This document shows positions 58,672 through 64,000 of a stretch of DNA of 64,000 nucleotides, one piece after another. Below the pieces are notes generated by a model. The model did not search any database and was not told where the DNA came from. It saw nothing but the letters and a program-made list of their open reading frames with translations. How positions within the stretch are numbered: position 1 is the first letter of the stretch; every line of letters begins with the position of its first letter. Source of the stretch: an uncultured Acidimicrobiia bacterium (lineage in GTDB: Bacteria > Acidobacteriota > Terriglobia > Versatilivoradales > Versatilivoraceae). The stretch lies in contig CAWBAT010000003.1 in NCBI GenBank assembly GCA_963786955.1, forward strand, positions 32,001 to 96,000, given 5' to 3'. A program made the position numbers and the translations under genes.

Positions 58672-59334
58672 ATGAGATCGAAAAACGTAGTTCTCATCAT
58701 TGGGTTAGTGTTTCTTGGAATATGTGCTAAAAATAGCACCTGTTTAGGTAAGGTAATAAGCACACAAGCGTCACCACTTTCTCGATACGCCGGACCGAAC
58801 TCGATCGGCCCGTCCAAGCTTTTTGCTGGGCCTGAATTGACACGATCTGCCGAATTGACAGTTCGAGACGGCTCTGAGGGGATTCCGCCACAAGCTCTTT
58901 TGATCAGAGATGGCTCCGAAGGGATTCCGCCACAAGCTCTTTTGATCAGGGATGGTTCGGAGGGGATTCCGCCACAAGCTCTTTTGATCAGGGATGGTTC
59001 GGAGGGGATTCCGCCACAAGCTCTTTTGATCAGGGATGGTTCGGAGGGGATTCCGCCACAAGCTCTTTTGATCAGGGATGGTTCGGAGGGGATTCCGCCA
59101 CAAGCTCTGTTGATCAGAGATGGCTCTGAGGGGATTCCGCCACAAGCTCTTTTGATCAGGGATGGTTCGGAGGGGATTCCGCCACAAGCTCTTTTGATCA
59201 GAGATGGCTCTGAGGGGATTCCGCCACAAGCTCTTTTGATCAGGGACGGCTCCGAAGGGATTCCGCCACAAGCTCTTTTGATCAGAGATGGCTCTGAAGG
59301 GATTCCGCCCGTTGCAAATTTGAGCATTGGTTAG
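58672..59334 (+). CDS. Secreted tandem-repeat precursor: signal peptide, leader and 11 x RDGSEGIPP
   Basis: RBS AAGGAG at 58661-58666 and signal-like N-terminus MRSKNVVLIIGLVFLGIC. Ten exact RDGSEGIPPQALLI units plus a terminal RDGSEGIPPVANLSIG. All DNA differences between units are synonymous in this frame. Confidence 0.85.
   Translation: MRSKNVVLIIGLVFLGICAKNSTCLGKVISTQASPLSRYAGPNSIGPSKLFAGPELTRSAELTVRDGSEGIPPQALLIRDGSEGIPPQALLIRDGSEGIPPQALLIRDGSEGIPPQALLIRDGSEGIPPQALLIRDGSEGIPPQALLIRDGSEGIPPQALLIRDGSEGIPPQALLIRDGSEGIPPQALLIRDGSEGIPPQALLIRDGSEGIPPVANLSIG
58864..59310 (+). repeat. 42-bp coding tandem repeat, 10 full units plus 1 partial
   Basis: Units start at 58864, 58906, 58948, 58990, 59032, 59074, 59116, 59158, 59200, 59242 and 59284. 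Near-invariant core gggattccgccacaagctcttttgatc. Confidence 0.97.
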
Positions 59335-59484
59335 ATCTGGGTTAGAGAGTTAGCTAATTGCTGGTAGAATCGCTCTCGTATTTCTTCAAGTCGCAGGGGC
59401 TTCCAGGAAAATCCTCACGTGGGGCAGGGAAGATTCCGACGAATCTTCCTTTGCCCTAACAAGGATATACGGGATTATCAGGGT

Positions 59485-60198
59485 ATGAGCGGACTCCAGC
59501 AGGCAATCGCAACGATTGGTCAGGTGATTCACTTTTTTCTCCTCCTGATTGGATTACGTCACCAACGGTTCCGGAGGTGTATTACCTTCTATTTATACCT
59601 ACTGGTCTCATTCATTTCCTCTATTGTGATTTCTTATCTTGTAAGCGAAAAAGAGTTGAGGAGGCAACTTTACTACCTCAAAGAGTTTCTATTGGATTTG
59701 ATTAAGATTGGAATGCTCATTGAGTTAAATAAGAATATTTTTGGTTTTTTCCCGAAAGTCCAACGGTCCAACCGAGCCTTATTTGGCATAACAGGCATCC
59801 TGTTTGTTGTCTACGCGTTTGCGTTGCCTGCGGAATCCAGAACTTGGTGGGGGTCTCTTCCCTTTGATTTACACTCTAAAGTGTTGCAAACTACGTGCTT
59901 AGCCTACTTGATGATGGTGTTTTCAGCGCTTTATTATCGCATTGAGGTCGCAACAGATTATAAGTTTCTGCTGGTTGGATACTTGTTTTCGCAACTGCCT
60001 GTTGCTCTAGGGTTTGCCTATGTTGCAATCGCTGGGGAGGCCGCAAGGAATAGAGTGAGTCTATTGAACTCTATATTCTTTGTGCTTGCAATGGTCGTCT
60101 GGACGAGAGTATATTGGGCAAATGATAAGGATACTGATTCCCCTGATATTATTGGCCGTGGGGTGGATCTTCCTGTTTCTTTTAGGGCGCCGGAATGA
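59485..60198 (+). CDS. Hypothetical ~7-TM membrane protein
   Basis: About seven hydrophobic segments separated by short basic loops (RHQRFRR, PKVQR), ending in VVWTRVYW. No enzyme motif recognised. Confidence 0.75.
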   Translation: MSGLQQAIATIGQVIHFFLLLIGLRHQRFRRCITFYLYLLVSFISSIVISYLVSEKELRRQLYYLKEFLLDLIKIGMLIELNKNIFGFFPKVQRSNRALFGITGILFVVYAFALPAESRTWWGSLPFDLHSKVLQTTCLAYLMMVFSALYYRIEVATDYKFLLVGYLFSQLPVALGFAYVAIAGEAARNRVSLLNSIFFVLAMVVWTRVYWANDKDTDSPDIIGRGVDLPVSFRAPE

Positions 60199-60844
60199 AC
60201 GTAAAGTGCGCTCAGAATGGCACGCCCTGCTAAGTCCTCGAGGACAAATTCTATTCGAATCTGCCCGCAAAGAAGTTGAATCCCATTCCTTAATGCTGGA
60301 TGTAGCCATGAACGAAGCGTTAAGCATCAAGAAATTGGGTGATATTGATGAAGCCATCCGATTCTTGAATATAGGTTGTGAGGTCATTGAAAGATTTACT
60401 CCAGATCTTCTTTCTCTGCTATCCGTCATGGCTAAGTTTTCAAGGATGGTTAGCGCCATAGCACCTGTTGAACCGCTTGTTCCCAAGGATTTTCATCTGG
60501 CAGAGTTAGTCAGTTTGGCGCACCTTCACAGGTTAATGAACCAGGTCGTTGTCTCTACAAAACAGCGATTTCGCATGAGAATTTACATCCTCGGCAAGGG
60601 AATATCGATCGCCAGCCGTTATTTGATTTCCAAGATCAAGGATATCGTCGTGACCAAAAGCCAGGACCAGAAGGAATGGCGGGAAATTGTTGAAATCGAG
60701 CAAGATTTCAATACACTGTCACGCGAGTCTCTGCAGAGTTTTCGTACTCTTCTCGAAGTCTTGTCTGGCGAAGATGCTCGGAGGTTATCGCAAGACCTGT
60801 GTATTAAGACCGCTTCAACCCGCCAGACAAATCACGTCGCATAA
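60122..60844 (+). CDS. Hypothetical protein with a single N-terminal TM anchor and a helical cytoplasmic domain
   Basis: MIRILIPLILLAVGWIFLFLLG followed by RRNERK, then about 215 aa of predicted helix with QRFRMRI. Overlaps the upstream gene by 77 nt. Confidence 0.7.
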   Translation: MIRILIPLILLAVGWIFLFLLGRRNERKVRSEWHALLSPRGQILFESARKEVESHSLMLDVAMNEALSIKKLGDIDEAIRFLNIGCEVIERFTPDLLSLLSVMAKFSRMVSAIAPVEPLVPKDFHLAELVSLAHLHRLMNQVVVSTKQRFRMRIYILGKGISIASRYLISKIKDIVVTKSQDQKEWREIVEIEQDFNTLSRESLQSFRTLLEVLSGEDARRLSQDLCIKTASTRQTNHVA

Positions 60845-61198
60845 TTTCCTCTACCCTAGCAGGGCTTTCCCTACGCTCGTCAATCTTTCCAGTCCCTGAC
60901 ATTGAAACTATCCCCAATTTGCCAGTTCATGATGGCCAGTTATAGCACTCCGATTTCAATGGATGTGCCAAGAATAGATCAAATATTCGTAAGCTATCTA
61001 TGGTAGATTCCGATAACTTTCTTGTGCCTTATAAATGACCAAGGAAGTTCTATGCAAAATTCTTCCAGGCTTCACTCAATGTTCTTTAGCCGAAATTGAG
61101 GAGGCGGAAGTTCTGGTCATTAAAAGTAGTGTGAAACTGTTTCGTGATCAGACATGTTTTGGCACACGAGTGAATAGTGCCGAGAGAATAGGAAATTT

Positions 61199-61986
61199 GT
61201 GAGTGAGTCGAGACTTAAAATATTGGTTGTCGACCATGAAGATGCGGAATTTTTGCGCGCTTCCGTAAGTCTCTTTGGCGAAGCGGGGTTCAATGTTGAC
61301 TCATGTTCCGATTGGGACGCCATGCAAAGGAAACTCAACCCCTCGGTTCGGACTACGGATATTCTGATTATGGACATTACCTGTTTTCAAGACCGGGATA
61401 GCTACCTCCTGTTGATGGAACTCCGGGGAAAAGAATATACCAAGGACCTGAAGATCATTCTCACAACAGATACCCTTGTGGAGGAGTTATTGCTGCGGAC
61501 TCGTCGAGAGTTGGGAATTGTCGCCTCGTTTAATAAGAAGCGGCCTGTAGAGGAACTACTCTACGTCCTCACGAACATTTTTCCGCCCAGCGGTGAAAAT
61601 TTGCGACGCTCCCGAAGGGTCCCGGCTCGTTTCTTGGTCCAATCCTCTTTGGAGGGTAAGACCAAAGTACTCTGTGCAAGGAATCTAAGTCGAGACGGTA
61701 TTTTCGTTGAAAACCATATCCCCGACCCGGTTGGAACTGCGGTTGAACTTTCGTTTACCCTCCCGGGAGAAGCTCCAAACTGCTTGTCAAAGCGAGAGTT
61801 GCCCGGGCGACTGCTGGCTCTCAAGTTACAAAACAAGAAGTATTCCCAGCCGGGAATGGGTTTGAATTTGTTGATGTTTCTGACGTTGACGCTCGCTTCT
61901 TGAAAGAATACTTGGAGCATGAGGAATTGAGAATCTTTGGTTCTGATGAAGAGCCCAGTCCAACGCAAGCCTACACTGGGACATAA
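61199..61986 (+). CDS. REC-PilZ domain protein; 3' frameshift
   Basis: REC (ILVVDHED, ILIMDI) and PilZ motifs RRSRR and NLSRDG. The tail VKARVAR...GFEFVDV is in the alternative frame, ending at TAA 61984-61986. Confidence 0.78.
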
Positions 61987-62208
61987 TTCGAAAGCGGAGC
62001 TGACGCAACAGGGCTAGTCTTGCGGGGATGATAGGGGATTGCAAATCATCGATGGGTTCATAGAGTTCCTAACCTTTCTGGTATACCGTTCCCGGCTTTC
62101 TCCAATGCCTCCATCCCTACACTCCTCCAGCGAAGTGGAATAACCCGAGTCGTCCAACATGGAAGCGATTCACATTCAAAGCTCCAGAGCCATAAAGATT
62201 GGCCATGG

Positions 62209-64000
62209 TCATTCCACAAGGTGACGTGGATCGATGGAAATTTGGGTTGTGCGTCGCTGGCAAATTCAACAATGGGCCAGGCTTGCGGAATTCGCCCGCC
62301 ATTTCACCGAGCAGATCCCGTTTGAAATACTGACCCGTTGCCGCCCGAGGGGTATTTCCTGAAAAAGACCACTTCAGGGTGAGCGCATTAATGTCAACTT
62401 CGATGTTCATATCGGCATAAGCACCAGTCTTGTCGAAGCCGAAATACTTCTGCCATGCTTCCAAATCCAGAATTAAGGGTGGCGTAACCAAGAAAGCCAA
62501 TTCAGCCCGCGACCCAATGGCTGTGTCTCTTCCATCACCTCGCCCCAATCTTTCTGATAGAGGTTTCCCTCCACGGTGTTGTCAGGATTAGAAAGGTCGA
62601 TAGCCTTGCCACAGTGGTAGAAGACATTGTCTAAGACTTTATTCCGGCGCGTCGTGCCGCCACGCGGTCCGACGATCCGCCCCTCGATGTTCCTAAATTT
62701 GATGCCAGCGTCCTGGGTATAGCCGATCAAGTTATGGGCGATAATAGTTTCGTCGCTCCCATCCACTGTGATCCCCCATCCGCCATGGGGAGACATGTTG
62801 GGTGAACCTCCGCCCTTGCCTTCGGTCGCCTTCCAAATGATGTTGTTATCCAGCATGTTGGGGAATTGCGAGGCTTCCAGATAGATTCCGCCTCGCAGAG
62901 TTTCCAGGTTGTCACCCATCACGTTCCCAGTGACCCTTGTATTCGTATTCTTATAGTCGAGCCAGATCGCTTCCGCATGGACCGTATGGCGAATGACATT
63001 GTTCCGCAACAGACAGTCCTTGGTTAATGTAGTTTGATGCCTCCCGTCTCCCAAGATAACTCCACGTCCTGATAACCCACTTGTTCGATGAGGTTCCCTT
63101 CGACAAGCGTATCCTGCACGCCCATCCCTGCTAGCCCGCACACACCGGCGTCAATGATGTGATTTCGGCGCACAATGCTGTGCCCAATAACCTCAGGGTA
63201 TTCCATATCCCAATCCTGCGCACCGATATCGAGTGCGACACTATTGGCGTGCCGCAGCACGCAATCCTCGAAGATCCAGAAATTCCCGCGGCTTGCTGAC
63301 ACCATTCCCCGCTGCGGGACCGGAAACGCGTTGGCAGCGTGTTCAAAGGCGATACCTTTCACCCGGATGTAACTCAGTCCCCGCGTCCGTGGGGCCAGTA
63401 TCTGCTCCTGGATTGTCAACTCGATCTCGTGCTGGGCAGGGTCAGCATCCCCGGAAAGCCGCAGATGGATTGTCAAGCCCGTCGTGCTCACACCAGAAGG
63501 CTCCGTCTTTCTTAGCGAGCTCCTGATAGAGTTCTACTTGCTCCAGCCGCTTCCCATCGACGAAAACCATCCCACGCCGAAGCAGGTGCTGTCTCAACTC
63601 TTCCGGCTTGGGCTTCAAGTACACACGGTCTTGCATAATGTTTACCATGCCAAAGGGGTTGTAGCCCTGGAAATCAAGGTCGTCCAGACGTCGCTCGTAA
63701 ATTTTCACTATGGAGCGAGGCGGCGGGTGAGGGCCCAACTTGTAACTTGTGGAAATTGCCCAACCGGTCTTCACTAGCCGAGAACCTTTGATCATCACAT
63801 TTGCGCCAGGAGCAGATTCGTAACTGATCATCTTGTCGGGGCCAGTGCCGCCGCGTCTTGGATCCACAAACTCCCGATAGACGCCACTCATGATCACCAC
63901 TCGCTCGCCGGGTTGCAGTACCTGTGCAGCTTTGTTTACGGTGGAAAAAGGCAGTTCTGTCGTGCCCGGGTTCGTGTCACTTGCGCGAGGGTTTCTATTG
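62209..64000 (-). CDS. Right-handed beta-helix repeat protein (DUF1565-like start); 5' end outside the window, frameshifted
   Basis: ASDTNPGTTELPFSTVNKAA, GVYRE, RGMVFVDG, ETGGIKLH, IWLDY and repeated xxNxI beta-helix turns. Confidence 0.75.

Noticed and set aside
58864-59310. CRISPR array (27-bp constant part plus 15-bp variable part)
   Set aside because: The variable parts are too short, recur, and are synonymous versions of RDGSE. The period is an exact codon multiple and there are no cas genes in the window.
58650-59327. Antisense repeat ORFs (GGIPSEPSLIKRAC and DQKSLWRNP frames)
   Set aside because: These are shadows of the + strand gene. They show amino-acid changes between units and have no evident RBS or signal peptide, whereas the + frame has both and is invariant.
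60953-60970. Sigma-54-like promoter on the minus strand (TTGGCACATCCATTGAA)
   Set aside because: The -12 element reads GA rather than GC, and it points antisense into a gene end.

Overview
A 64-kb bacterial chromosomal window, most consistent with an Acidobacteriota genome (inferred from gene content and protein families, not from a marker gene). Many genes, including essential ones such as sucC, sucD and dxs, are split by single-base frameshifts, which points to an unpolished long-read assembly; frameshifted genes are reported as single features with approximate junctions. From left to right: a hybrid histidine kinase with an NtrC-type regulator, MscS, a flippase/GT2/polytopic-membrane glycosylation trio, a DUF4388-GAF / PocR-GAF-GGDEF / ATPase-like signalling cluster, housekeeping genes (lctP, nadK, acyl-CoA dehydrogenase, CbiX, ldcA, mpl, plsC-like, sucCD, ndk, xseAB, dxs, tlyA), cstA with DUF190 and crcB, mqnD, and a carbohydrate-utilisation region (GH106-like, GH97, GH2-like, beta-helix protein). 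The standout is at 58.7-60.8 kb: a secreted precursor carrying 11 tandem copies of RDGSEGIPP (14-aa, 42-bp unit with only synonymous variation), followed by a ~7-TM membrane protein and a single-TM protein, flanked by a divergent GAF-Fis regulator lacking an AAA+ domain and a REC-PilZ protein. This is a candidate multi-copy peptide-signal or RiPP-like system. No rRNA, tRNA, CRISPR array or transposase was recognised.
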